From assembly GCF_963921235.1 (NCBI RefSeq), contig NC_086118.1:16990001-17054000 (forward strand): a DNA stretch of 64,000 nucleotides, read 5' to 3'. This DNA is from Mobula hypostoma (taxonomy: Eukaryota). The notes beneath the pieces were generated by a model. It worked only from the letters and a program-made list of their open reading frames with translations, was not told the DNA's origin and ran no database searches. Positions 24,360 through 37,600 of the stretch are shown one piece after another (position 1 is the first letter of the stretch; every line of letters begins with the position of its first letter). The position numbers were made by a program, and so were the translations under genes.

Positions 24360-25952
24360 AAGAACAACAAAGAATTTGAAGGTATCAGCAATTACCTTGA
24401 ATGTTGTAAAGAAAATGAAGATTTGGAGGATGCAGTCATCAAAAGCATTGTATGAAGACAGTCCATTATCTAGTTAATTGTCTGCAATTGTCTGCGCTGG
24501 CTTTGTTCATTTGCAAAATGACATAGCAGCGTACACTGGATGAATTCCTGCATCAATAACTATTCAGAACTAATACACAGTTTTGCAGTACTGTAGTACA
24601 GTGGTCCCCAAGGAAATGATATGATTTGGTGATATGAGTCAGCTGCACCTTTCCTCATTCCCTGTCACACCCACTGTTGAGCTTGAACGCACGCGAGGTC
24701 ATTACCCATGCATCATCCATGTCAGCGCAGGAAGGAGATCAACTCCTCGAGCTTGCAAATGACGGCGGACTGAAAAGTATATCTGACATAACATCTCTGC
24801 CGGCATTCTGGATCAAAGTCAAGGCTAAATATCCTGAGATAGCCACGAAAGCATTGAAAACGTTGCTTCCATTTCCAACGTATCTCTGCAATGAATGCAA
24901 CGAAAACTAAATTGCGGAATAGTCTGGACATAAGGAATTCCCTTCGAGTACCGCTGTCTCCCATCACCCCTCGATGGTACCATGTTGTTGCAGGGAAACA
25001 AGCCCAGGGCTCCCACTAATTCAGCGATATTGGTGTGTTGCAATGATTTTATATGTCCATAAGGGGAAAATATGTGCTGTGTGTTTAATATCCAAACATT
25101 ACTTAAAATGTTACGATGCTATTGACTTATAAGTGACTGATGTAACCATATAACATTACAGCACGGAAACAGGCCATCTCTGCCCTTTTAGTCCGTGCCG
25201 AACGCTACTCTCACCTAGTCCCACCGACCCGCACTCAGCCCATAACCCTCCATTCCTTTCCTGTCTATATACCTACCCAATTTTTCTTTAAATGATAATA
25301 TTGAACCTGCCTCTACCACTTCTACTGGAAGTTCGTTCAACACTTACTTCAAGCTCCCCTGATAATTGACTTATCACTATATTCATGCGAGGAAAATATG
25401 CGGTGTGTTTAATATTAAATTAGTTAGATAAACCCTTTTAGAAATGAAATTGAGTGTATTAGCCACTTATCATCTATATTCCAGTCGAGATTAACACCCT
25501 CCCGAACAGAATCGCCAAAAACGATTTGTAGAAAAAACTGGCACGTACACACATGCCCAAGTCACGCATGCGCACACAGGTGCCCGCGCAAGGCTTCACA
25601 GTCATGGTAGTCTTTCTCGGGGTAAACACAACATATTTGACTGCTCCCCTTGTCCGTTGGCAACTCTACCCACACCCCCAAACGGGTCGGCCGGTCCGCA
25701 AGAATATTGTCAATAATAAACCAGTCCGCGGTGCAAAAAAGGTTGGGGACCCCTGCTGTAGTAGTATGGGTAGTGTTTAATTTGTTCTGTATCTCATTTA
25801 CATAAATAATTTGTTACTCAGTTAAATGGCAGTTTGTCTTTTTTATGCCTTTTTTAACCATTTCTATGAAACACTGGCTAACTGGGCCAGCTGCTTAATT
25901 GCACTGAAAGGAACTGTTCCCAATGTGTTCCAATTAACCAGAATTCACTGTA
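24360..25952 (+). mobile_element. Tigger-like remnant split by the hAT insertion; a related piece lies at 15640-15821
   Basis: 24369-24470 resembles 15678-15778. The two copies end in caattaaccagaattcactgta and taattaaccaaaatccactgta (CAGT-type TIR plus TA). Confidence 0.6.
24599..25755 (+). mobile_element. hAT (Charlie-type) non-autonomous DNA transposon
   Basis: Perfect 8-bp TSD CTGTAGTA at 24591-24598 and 25756-25763; TIRs CAGTGGTCCCCAA and TTGGGGACCCCTG; hAT dimerisation-domain remnant QLLELANDGGLK...SLPAFWIKVKAKYPEIATKALKTLLPFPTYLC. Confidence 0.93.
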
Positions 25953-27999
25953 TCCAATATTACTGTCAATGAAATTTTACTCCTTTGTAGGACCAGGCAA
26001 ATCGCATGGAACAATTGGGTTCTTATTCTAAAATAATCCAAGAAATACTACCTTGCTTAAAATGAGGTTTCGATTAGTTGTTCATTAAATACTAGATGGG
26101 AGTTAAGAAAGATTAAAAGATGAATTTCACTTATGTTTATAAAAATGCCCTGATTGGATCCAGATTAAAGTGAAGCTTCAGACCCAAAGTCGAACCAATT
26201 ACCGGCAGCTGTAATGCCAAATACATTGTCTTGGACCTTACACTGCTCTGAATAAGTACTAGAACAGGTGATGACTCAGCCTGACCCTCCCCTAGCCCTA
26301 GTTTCAGTCAAAGGGGCACATTTTCAGTATCTGATCCAGACTCAATCTCTGAGAATAATCAGGCTGCACCTCCCTTTACTCCCCTTCTCAGTCTCTTGCT
26401 CTCACCCATTCTGTTTCCCATGTTTCACTTTTTCGAAACTCATTTGCCCATTATCATCTCATGAGTGCCACTCAACCTTAAGTACTATGAAATTTGACAT
26501 AACTCTCATTATGTCTGATAGTTATGCATTCTCTGCACAGAAATATCACAACGTAACCATGGCAAAGCAGACTCAGCTTCTAGGAGTATAAAGGGAGAAA
26601 AGTTGTGTGTCACCACCTCATATTTCATGTGGTAATGAAACACGGTATCAGAATGATTACTCAGAACTGATGTGTCATCACAGAGGTTTCAATCCTTGTG
26701 GAGTGCAATTCTCAAACTATTCTTCTCAGTGACCGGCCAGGAACCAAATGCCAGTGACAGTTCTGCCTTACTGTTGGTGGCACTGTGTCACAATAGTTCA
26801 CATTACTACCTCACAAAGCCAGGGTCCTGGATTCAATCCTGACCTTAGCTGTAGTATGTGTGGGATTCATCTGCTCTCAATGTGACAGCATCAGTTTCTG
26901 CTGATGCTTCAGCCACCTCCTCTACCCAAAGACAGGGTGGAGTGTTAATGTGCTGCTGTTGGATCTTGGTAATTTTCAATCTCTAGGTTCTTTTAGGAGT
27001 TCAAGCATGAGTGAGAAACTTTGGTTCTTCATGATTATTTATTTTGAAGTTTAAACAAAGGAAAAGTACTAAGCAAACAAGAGAATGGTGATAAATAAAG
27101 CAGGTGAAACACACGAGAAAAGAGATTAAAGATGGTGGTTTTGGAAAAATCTATCACCTTTACAGTTCGGGTAACAGAAATTCCTTAGGTAAGAAAATCC
27201 AATCAAAAAGCTACACAATTATAACACATGATAATGTGCTAACACTTAGCCAATTAAAAATGAAAAGGTGACAAACCATTATGCAACTGCTATCCTATGT
27301 TAAATGAACCACTACAAACTGTGAAAAAATACATGTGTATTAAAGATACAAATTGTTAAAAATGTTACGTCAGTAAGAAAGAAGCTATAATTAAAACTAC
27401 AATTTTAGTCTTGCATTAAATCAACTAATATCTTATAAAGAGTACATAAAAATTATTCCAGCACTTTTATAATCACTTTTTGGTACTGGTAGGTGATTAA
27501 GGGATCAAAAGAGAGTTGATGAGCGGGCAAGAGAGAATAAGTTTAAGAGATATAGGAAAGTAAGTAGAAAGTGAGAGAGATAGATGGGGATGCTGGGCGC
27601 AGTGTACTGAATAACCTCCTCTCCGTTGGGTTTTAGATACACTGATGGGCCCTTTGTTAGCAGCCTTAATGAGCACAAAGATGTGCTTTCTCATCTTGCT
27701 TGTCTTTGAGCAGGTCACTGTGGCTGCCTCTCAGTCTACTTGAAAAGGAAAGGCCATCAAGCTTAGATGGAAAATACCTTATGGTTCAATGCAGCATAAA
27801 CATTAAGTCAATGTATAAAGTTTTTGCACATCTAGCTGGTTAAAACTTCAGTGCAAGCTTGCAAAGTAACACAAAGCTGTGATAATTATGACAATCAGCT
27901 TAGTCTTTGCAGAAAGCAAGGCAAGAACTATGTAATTGTTTTACATTATAGATTTAAACTGTTAACCTACCATGGCTACACTCAGCATTTTGAGTTCAT

Positions 28000-28800
28000 G
28001 GTTGACTTTAATCAGGAGCAAGATAGATCAGCTGGTGAGTGGAGTCGCAGCAACAAGCTTGCACTCAATGTCAGCAAGACTAAACAAATGATTGTGGACT
28101 TCAGAAAGGGGAAGGCAAGAGAACTCAAACCAATTGTAATCAAGGGATCAGAAATGAAAAAGATGAGCAGTTTCAAGTTCCTGCATGTCAACATCTCTGA
28201 GGGTCTATCCCGGGCCCTACATATTGATGCAATTACAAAGAAGGCATGACAGCAGCGATATCTCATTAAGAGTTTAAGTAGAATTGATATGTCACCAAAG
28301 ACACTCACCAATTTCTATAGAGTTACCGTGGACAACATTTTAACTGGTTGCAACACCATCTGTTATGGAGGAGCCACTGCACACAGTTAAAAGCAGCAGA
28401 AAGTTGTAAACTCAGCCAGCTCCATAATGGGCACCAGCCTCTCCAGCAGCCAGAACACCTTCAAAAAGTGATGTGACAAAAAGGCAGCATCCGTCATGAG
28501 GGACTCCCATCACCCAGGATATGCCCTCTCCTCATTACTACCATCAAGGAGGTGGTACAGGAGCCAGAAGACTCACACTCATCATTTCAGGAACAGCTTC
28601 TTCCCCTCCGCCATCAGATTTCTGAATGGAAAATGAACCTGTGAACACTTCCTTGGTAATTTTTGCCCTTTCTTTTTGTATTACATATATCATTTTTTTT
28701 CTACAGTATATACTTCTTAGAGTTTTTATTACGATGCATTGCAATGTGCTCCCGCAGCAAAACAAAATAATTCATGACATGTGTAAAGCTGAATCTGATA
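28000..28800 (+). mobile_element. Rex1/Babar-type LINE 3' fragment
   Basis: Encodes NKLALNVSKTKQMIVDFRK...SFKFL...HIDAITKKA, followed by a 3' UTR. Confidence 0.85.
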
Positions 28801-30044
28801 ATCATGCAGCTAATTACAAAATGATTGAGTGCTGCTGGCTCTTCAAATGTGATTAATGATGGGTAGCCAAATAAAACTGAGTTCCATTTCCAAAAATTAT
28901 GGAATAAAAGGACAGTATAATATGTTTAATATATTTTTTGAAACTTTATAAAAATAAAAGATATGTCATATTATGTTGATGAAGTTTGGTTTCAAACTAT
29001 TTTTCTGCAATTCAGCAAAGAAATAGCAGACATTTAAAATAATGAGATACATACAAATTTATTAAACCAAAATGAAGGAATGTGTCCCCTAAACCTTTTC
29101 AAATTTAATTAGTTTCCAGTTCACTGAGCAAAAACAGAATAACTCTGTAGCAAAATACAAGTAGCCAGAATTATGTACTACATTAACAACATTTTGTTTT
29201 ATAAAGCAGATGAATCTGGGATATTTATGTGGATTGAGTAGATGGATTGCTGTTCTCAGTGGTGTGGTGGGTTTGCAAATAGCTTCATTATTAACAGTTC
29301 TGACCACAACACTATAATTGTTTTGCTATAATTTTAGCTACATGTATCTCTACTTTAACCTTCAATGCCTATTCTATACATTCAATAGCATATTTTAGAA
29401 GTACTGTCTAAATTTATCAAACATTCTTTAAGCTTTCCTGTTTTAACATTCAGCAAACTTACAAATTACCAACATCCCTTTCCACAGCATTGCCAGCCAT
29501 CCCATCCAATCATTCATTGTACTTGCTTCACTACTCAAGATATCAGTTCAAACTATCTTAAATCCATGGTTTAGCAAAGAATATTTGAGGCTGGCAAATT
29601 AGGTTATGGACAGCATTCCTGGCACTTTCCAAGCCCTCTTCTTATTGTTACCATTAGGAAGGAGGTACCAAAGCCTGAAGGCACACACTCAGCGATTCAG
29701 GAACAGTTTTTTCCCCTCCGCCATCTGATTTCTAATTGGACATTGAACCCATGAACACTACCTCACTACTTTTTTTATTTCTGTTATTTTTTGCACTACA
29801 TATTTTAACAACTATCTAATATATATCTATATTTAGAATAGCTCAGTTTTTCCTCTATATTTATTATGTATTTCATAAGTTAACAGATTTCACAACATAT
29901 GCTGGTGATATTCAGCCTGATTCTGATTCTACTGCTGTCCACACCACTTCATTGCTTATCTTAGTTAAGGTTGTTCTCACTAATTTTCACTCCCTACTTC
30001 CATTACAATTGCTGTGTTTAATATCCTCTTCTATCCACTTTTAT

Positions 30045-30290
30045 TTATCGAGATACCATGCAGAATTGGCCCTTCCAGCCCTTTGAAGCTCTCCACCCAA
30101 CAATGCCATGATTTAACCCTATGACCAATTAATGTAGCAACCAGTACATCTTTGGACTGTAGGGAAGAAACCGGAGCACTTGGAGAAAACCCACATGGTC
30201 ATGGGGAGAGCGTACAAACTCCTTACAGGAGCTGCGGAAGCTGAACCTGGGTTGGTCTGTACTGTGAAGCGTTGTGCTAACCGTACCACT
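30045..30290 (-). mobile_element. tRNA-derived SINE fragment
   Basis: Same family as 17435-17682 (aaaccggagcac...ggagaaaacccac...acaaactccttacag). Confidence 0.65.
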
Positions 30291-30410
30291 CACAATATCA
30301 CTTTATCTCTTAGTATCATATATCACGTTCTTCCTCAGACCCTGCTATACGCTCCATCTCCATGCAACATTTTCCCCTACAGCATCCTGTACTCAGAGGA
30401 GTAATGAAGA

Positions 30411-30788
30411 CCATAAGACCATAAGACAAAGGAGCAGAAGTCAGCCATTCGGCCCATTGAGTCTGCTCCGTCATTCTATCATGAGCTGATCCAATCTCCC
30501 ATTTAGTCCCACTCCCCTGCCTTCTCACCATAACCTTTGATGCCCTGGCTACTCAGATACCTATCAATCTCTGCCTTAAATACACCCAATGACTTGGCCT
30601 CCACTGCCACCCATGGCAACAAATTCCACAGATTCACCACCCTCTGGCTGAAAAAATTTCTTTGCATCTCTGTTCTGAATGGGCGCCCTTCAATCCTTAA
30701 GTTATGCCCTCTCGTACTAGACTCCCCCACCATGGGAAACAACTTTGCCACATCCATTCTGTCCATGCCTTTCAATATTCGAAAAGTG
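30411..30788 (-). mobile_element. CR1 LINE 3' end, relatively young
   Basis: ORF 30503-30775 reads TRGHNLRI...RNFFSQRVVNLWNLLP...FKAEIDRYL; (CCATAAGA)n tail; probable TSD AATGAAGA at 30403-30410 and 30789-30796. Confidence 0.9.
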
Positions 30789-31371
30789 AATGAAGAGTGA
30801 ACTGGGGGAATATATTAGTAAGGAGTGCAACTGGGTGAAATATTTTGGTTTTTATGCATTTAAGCGTGTCATAAAAACACAGTAATATCGTGCTAACAAT
30901 ATCTAGACAGTGGTTTGATTGGGTGATAAATGGGAGACAAGGCAGCAAATTGACACTGAAATCTGCTGAAAGGTGGTAATGATAAGAGGGCACTATAAAA
31001 AATGCGAAAGAATGGGAGAGTAAAAAAAATCACAAATAAAACAGCAGATTGCCTTGAACTATAGCTCAAATGGACAATGAAGAGGGCCAGTTGCAGGACT
31101 TGATGAAAGGAAAATAAACATAAACCAAAGGGAAACTGGGAGCTGCAAAGGTGCTGGCTTGTTTGTGAATTAAAACAGCTCTCACATATGGTAATACACA
31201 GGAGGAAATGAGAACAAGACAGATAAAACTGTAAATGACCCCTTTAAAATTAGTTAATTAATGCCTTTTCAAATGGAAACACAGATGGGTAAAAATATTT
31301 GTTTAAATCTTAGCTACACAGAAAATAAGAAGCTGACAATGTAGACAAAAAAATTGCCAATTTGCACTGAA

Positions 31372-31385
31372 GTGCCATCTGCTGG
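31372..31385 (-). promoter_or_regulatory. Candidate CTCF-binding site
   Basis: Minus strand CCAGCAGATGGCAC matches the consensus CCASYAGRKGGCRS exactly and lies in non-repetitive sequence. Confidence 0.45.
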
Positions 31386-31699
31386 ACAGATTAATCATTA
31401 AGAGTTGGACATGTTTACACAGACAAAAGGCAAAGTGCTGCTCTTCAGAAATCTGAAACGAAAACATAAAATCCTGCATAATTTCAGCATGTTTGGCTGT
31501 ATAGGTGGAGACACAAACCAGTAATATTTCAAGGCAATGAGTTGTCAAACTATATTCTATAAAAATATCCAAAGTTTTCTAAACTCTGCACAAACAGAAC
31601 TCTCCACAGAAACATCACTCTGTTTATGTGCAAAAGACGCTGCTTGACACAGACGATTGGGATGCTTTGCCTACTCAGCATCAGCTGATACTTACCATG

Positions 31700-32438
31700 A
31701 AATTCAGGAGCTTTAAATCTTCTAGTCCAGAAGATTTCCCTTTCAGAGTTCTTTTGAAGACCCTGACCTAGAGTTACAAGCTGACTACAGTTCTTTGTGG
31801 GAATGGGGTTTCAGTTGTTCGGTACGTCAAGGACTCGGCCTGAGACTTTGGCTGAACTTTGGAGGCCTAGGATCTTGGGGCTCTGGGGATGGGCAGATCA
31901 AGGGTCGGTGTCACGACAGGAGATCTGTGTGTCGTCAGGGGAGCCGGAATATCTACAGCTATGTACCTAGAGACCCAAGATCTTTGGGCACAGAGCTCGA
32001 AAAAAACGATGTAAAGCACTTTTAACATCCTAAATCAGCCAGTTGTTTGTTATGTCTCTCCTCTCGCTGTTAAATGGAGATACCTCTTTCTTCCTCATTA
32101 GGGACAGACAGAGAGTCTGTGGTATGTCGAATACCAGGTGAAACACAAAGCCTTTGGGGTAAATGTAAATCTGTGTCCTTGCTGTTGCTTTGCTCATGCT
32201 TGAATGCTCAGAGGTGGGTGTCGTTGCTTTTTTTTTATCAGTGGGGGGGATTGTTGCTCGCTGCCGCTTACGCGCAGGAGGGAGGGGGCTGGGGGAGGAA
32301 CTTCGGGGTTCTAACATTTAACTGTCGTTCATTCTTTGGGGCACTCCTCTGTTTTCATCGATAGTTGTGAAGGAAAAGCATTTCAGGATGTATATTGTAT
32401 ACATTTCTCTGACATTAAATGTACTTTTGAACCTTTGA
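31700..32438 (+). mobile_element. Unclassified retroposon 3' portion
   Basis: GC/CpG-richer block ending ctctgacattaaatgtacttttgaacctttga (short tandem tail). No coding motif recognised; the 5' boundary is uncertain. Confidence 0.5.
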
Positions 32439-33992
32439 TATGAGTGTCATCAAATAATTTTCATGAGGGCAATAAATCTAAAGTTAATATTATACTGTTG
32501 AACGGACATGTGGACATCCTTGTGAAGCCAGAAGTCTTTACCTTCCTCTTTGAGGTCCTCAGTTCTGCAGTTCATTTGGTTTCAGCAGGGTGAAAACATG
32601 CTTGCTTTGCCAGTTGAAATGACCCCTCAATTCAGAATACTCTACTTGTTATCTTTTTGGAGGCTAACTTGACCTTTAGGATGCCTTGGAAAGAAACAGG
32701 TGAAGAGGCAAAGCACAATGATCGGAGATTCCACTGCCTTCCCATCAAATGTCAGGTACATTTAAATACTAGGTTGAAATTGACATGTCAGTTATCATTG
32801 GCCTAAATGGCAAAGAAAGCCAAAGATAATAGCTTTAATGATTAGCTTTATTTGTCACATGTACATTGAAACATACAGTGAAATGTGTCATTTGCATCAA
32901 ATCAGAACAGTGAGAATTGTGCTGGTGTCGCCATGATTTTGACGCCAACAAATCATGGCAACAATTTATTAACCCTAGCTGTACATCTTTGGGTAGTGCA
33001 AGAAAAGTGGAGCAAATGGGGAGGTGGCGGGGGGGAGCCCACAAGGTCCTGGGGAGGACGTACAAACAACTCAGAGACAGTGGCGGGAGTTGAACCCTGA
33101 TCAGTAACCGCTGGAACTGCAAAGTGATGTGCTAACCGCTATGCTGCCAAGCTGCCCTTGGTACAGCAGTTGGGTTAATGCAGAGGTGTTGGCTAAAAAC
33201 CATCTCATTCTTACTCCCAGTCCAATGAGAAATTAAAACAAGTGCATTAATTGTGGATTATTCTCTTGCCCTTCGATCCCAAATAAGTGAATAAAATTAA
33301 TGTTAGGTTAAAGAGAAAAAGACCACAAGCAATAATCTGCACAAAGGAAAAGAAATTACATAATGTGATCACATAAAGGAGTCACATAAATAACAGCAAT
33401 GCAAACTTACACGGGGAAATATATTTTAAAAGGCCGTTTAAGAGAAAGGGAAACCTTTAATCCGCTTGTACTAAAACTGAGAATTACAGTGCCTAAATTA
33501 ACAAAAGAGTCAAAATGATGAAAACAACTTCTAACAAAGGCAACATATTGCCGATGATGTGAATGAGGACAAATCTTTCTCCTTGCTTTACAGGAAAACT
33601 GTCTATAATCATACATTAAATTCACAAACAGAGATGGAAGAAGCTCATAAATCAACTCTGAATTTTTCTTTGGCCTTCTTCTCCTCAAAGTAATATGAAA
33701 AATTGATGTCTTCAGGGCTAACTGATTATCCGCCCTTAGTTTGTGATTTTGAAAACTAGATTTTTTGTTTTAATTTATTATATATCCCAAATACAAATGA
33801 AAAGGTTTGCATAAGTTAAAAGTTAATCCATTAAGATATACAAAGCATTAGCACTGGAACCATAGATTCATTTAACTTGTTGCTAAGTGTCTGTTTCATA
33901 GAACATTAAATCCTCTACATTACATGAAAGACCTACTCTTCAGATACCACAAAGCAACAGAGAGCAAGATATAGAAGCAGGCATTAAATGTA

Positions 33993-34673
33993 CGTAAACA
34001 ACAGGAATTCTGCAGATGCTGGAAATTTAAGCAACATACATCAAAGTTGCTGGTGAACGCAGCAGGCCAAGCAGCATCTATAGGAAGAGGCGCAGTCGAC
34101 GTTTCAGGCCGAGACCCTTCGTCAGGACTAACTGAAGGAAGAGTGAGTAAGGGATTTGAAAGCTGGAGGGGGAGGGGGAGGGGGAGATGCAAAATGATAG
34201 GAGAAGACAGGAGGGGGAGGGATAGAGCCGAGAGCTGGACAGGTGATAGGCAAAAGGGGATACGAGAGGATCATGGGACAGGAGGCCTAGGGAGAAAGAC
34301 GGGGGGGGGTGACCCAGAGGATGGGCAAGAGGTATATTCAGAGGGACAGAGGGAGAAAAAGGTGAGTGAGAGAAAGAATGTGTGCATAAAAAGAAGTAAC
34401 AGCTGGGGTACGAGGGGGAGGTGGGGCCTAGCGGAAGTTAGAGAAGTCAATGTTCATGCCATCAGGTTGGAGGCTACCCAGACGGAATATAAGGTGTTGT
34501 TCCTCCAACCTGAGTGTGGCTTCATCTCTACAGTAGAGGAGGCCGTGGATAGACATGTCAGAATGGGAATGGGATGTGGAATTAAAATGTGTGGCCACTG
34601 GGAGATCCTGCTTTCTCTGGCGGACAGAGCGTAGATGTTCAGCAAAGCGGTCTCCCAGTCTGCGTCGGGTCTC
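33993..34673 (-). mobile_element. Penelope-like element 3' fragment
   Basis: Encodes ETRRRLGDRFAEHLRSVR...VATHFNS...RLEEQHLIFRLGSLQPDGMNIDFSNFR (GIY-YIG C-terminal half), then a terminal region with a hammerhead. Confidence 0.93.
34093..34130 (-). ncRNA. Minimal type I hammerhead ribozyme of a Penelope-like element
   Basis: UAGUC-CUGACGA-AGG(GUCUCGG)CCU-GAAAC-GUC|GACUG: intact core, 4-5-bp stem I, palindromic ACGU in place of stem III. Confidence 0.82.
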
Positions 34674-37600
34674 AGGCGAACACTCACCATGCTTGGCTTG
34701 CTCCCAGATTCTGTAATTAATGGGTAGAACGGAACCCAAACAACTAAAATCAGTCAGTCCCTTCAAAAACACTGAATGGCAGATGACCGATGTCTGCATG
34801 CCAGAGCAAATTCCCCATGTCCTGATGTGTTGGGACAGGGGAAGGTAGGAGAAAATTGGGCTGCAAAAACCAGGAGATTATCCCCATGTACACAATGTTC
34901 TTTCTTACCTAAGTAGTTTGGGTTGGGGGGTGGGGTAGGGTTGCTAAATGATAAACACATCAACTGAAAATCATTTGCCATCCGTGACTTTTCATGCCCT
35001 ACGCTAAAGGGATATTTGCTTAAATCACTGTCAATTCAAGGTATTTTTCACTCACGTGTTTAACCTCACAGCTTATTTATGGCTGCAATATTTGTAAATG
35101 TTGGCTTTCTGCCATAACGAAAAATGTGTAAAGCAGGACAAGCACTGGAGAGAAATCCTCATTTTAAATTCAAGCTTGAAATAGTGGACAAGGTACAGTT
35201 AATGTGATAGTGGTACCAGGAGCTGAATCGTTCACTTTGTCTGGAAGCAACATTCCTGCTCATTATGGTGGATTTCAGATAGGCCTGAACACAACATTCC
35301 AGAAATTCACAACTATATTTTTAATTTCTCTGTCACCTGTCTTGTGAAATACATGAATTTCCAGACTTGTGAAGTGTAGCATACAAGTTGCAGTAATTTC
35401 TCAGCTAAAGAGAAATATAGCTCACAACTGCCTGTATAATAGTTATATCCTCAGTCAAAGTTTCATCTCACTTGCCTGCCGCATCTTCGCATTTCAAGTA
35501 TTTGCCATTAAATGACTCATTATGTAAATGAAGGCTGGGTTATGAGAGAAAATAAATATACAATCACTGAGACTATAAACAGGTTATGCTGGAATGAAAA
35601 ATACAAATGCATGTAATTAATCATGAGGAGAGATGAGCTGCCAAAGCAAATGTTTTCATTTCAGTGTAATTGCCGCAGTTTGCCAATCCGAAGTCATAAT
35701 GAAGACTTGTAGTTTGTATTATGTGCAGTGATAAATTAGATGCAAGCAACTGATGCACTTAGTAACTCACCTGGAAAGTAATTGCATCATTTATGACATA
35801 ATAAAGCCACTTATTGCGTTTAAGGGTTTTGCTAATATGCCAATCTGTGATCTACAAACTCCAGCTTGAAATTCCCTCTTACTCAAATAATTGTTGGTGG
35901 TCACTTTAACAGGATAATTTAGAATTAAGCAGGGCAGTGTACTATGATTAGAACCTCTGAAAAGAATTCTGTAACAAGTAGAACTGAGGGATATATTGCC
36001 AACTACCATTTACATGTTGTCAATGACAAAGAAATTGCACTTTGATGCTTTGAGAAACAAAGGAGGGAATATCTATTAAAACCCAGCTTTTAAAAAAACA
36101 CTGATAGGTAAGTGTCTGCAAGGTTCCACCTCCAATAAGTGCACTCCAGTTTTGGAACATGTTCTTTAGTTTTATCAACATCTTCACAATATGCCCCCAC
36201 AACCCCTGACAATAACACCAGTGAGATGTACATATAGCACCTTCTCCAACTAAAGATCCAATGTTTCCTATGTACAAATGATCACAATCAGATCAGCACA
36301 AAAATGGACATGTATAAAATTAATTATTTTTTAAAAATTTGCTACTGATTTTCACCACTGCTTGAAAAAGAAACTGTCCTGGAAATAAGTTTACTCCTTA
36401 AAATTAGTGCTTCAGTGACTGGACAGGGAGAAATACTTCTGCTCACGTGGCCTTAGACAGCATATGAAATTGTACGCAGATCTTATTACAATGATTTAAT
36501 CAAGCTGCCAGCACAAGCTGGTTTCTGAAGGGCTGGTGTCCAAGCATTCCTGACAACAGTTAAAAGGAGAAAAGTCTCTGAAAGGATGTCAAACACTGAC
36601 TCCAGTGAGGCGGAAATCTAGCCAGATTCTAGATTCTTTTAGCACCTAAAATGCCATGCCTGAGGCTCTCTCTCAAGAAATGTTTCATGGAATATTGTCC
36701 TTTCACTATTCTCCACCATCCATGGGAACTAAAGCAAGAAGTTTACCTTTCTGGTTGGCTGAAATAGCTCCAAAATAATCCACCACATCAGAATTACACA
36801 ATTATTGTTCTCTTACTCTTTGCTGCTCACTAGTCCCCCCCCCTTCATTCTTCGCACATTCAGTGCACCCCACTCCATTTCTTTACATTCACAATTGCAA
36901 TACTCAGTATTATACCATTTGATCAAGGTGGGCATATTCTCTGAATACACCTGCAGCACAATTTCAAACTAAATCTCGTCCATAACACACCACATCTGAC
37001 ACACTAAATTTTATCTTACACCAGACAACCCCAATAGGCGGACCGCGAGAACCAAATGTCTGGACCATTGGCACTTACGTGAATGCGCTTGTCATAACAT
37101 ATAAATAAAGTGCGTGCTGCTCTAATTTATTTTAACCTCATCCCACACTATACACTTGACCTACGTCCCCATAAGCACGAATTTGGGCCTTGTGGAAAAC
37201 TAATTGGGGAACCCTGCCTTGCACCATCTGCTTAGATCTGCAGTGCAGCTTTATGCCTTTGGTTCTCTGAAGTGAGAATGCTGCGTAAAATGCCAAGCTG
37301 CTGAGTCACTTATTCCTAGTTCATGCCTAATGTGTCTACAGATCCAAAGGGCAAAACCAGAAAGAAGTTGGGTGACCTTTTCAGCCCACAATAATGGAAG
37401 TTGGATAGCTTCATCATGCCTCTCCACTAGACTACATAAACAGCTGCTTCCCTCCTGTGTGATCCCTACCATCAAAACACTTCCATAATTAAAACATAAC
37501 CTTCTTTGGGAAAATTGTACTAAAATTCCTTTGTACATTCCCCAGCTTCTTTAGCAAGACAACTCACAAATGGAGATACAAAAAATAAACTGATATTATT

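Noticed and set aside
31696..31767. 72-bp minus-strand exon (VRVFKRTLKGKSSGLEDLKLLNFM) with a GTAAGT donor
   Set aside because: It appears to overlap the 5' part of the retroposon at about 31700-32438 and has a weak acceptor.
33407..33688. 93-aa ORF or exon with a GTAAGT donor at 33410
   Set aside because: No recognisable protein and no phase-compatible partner exon was found.
34047..34634. 195-aa plus-strand ORF (and the similar ORFs at 42951-43310 and 15242-15445)
   Set aside because: These are antisense readings of purine-rich Penelope termini with low-complexity translations.
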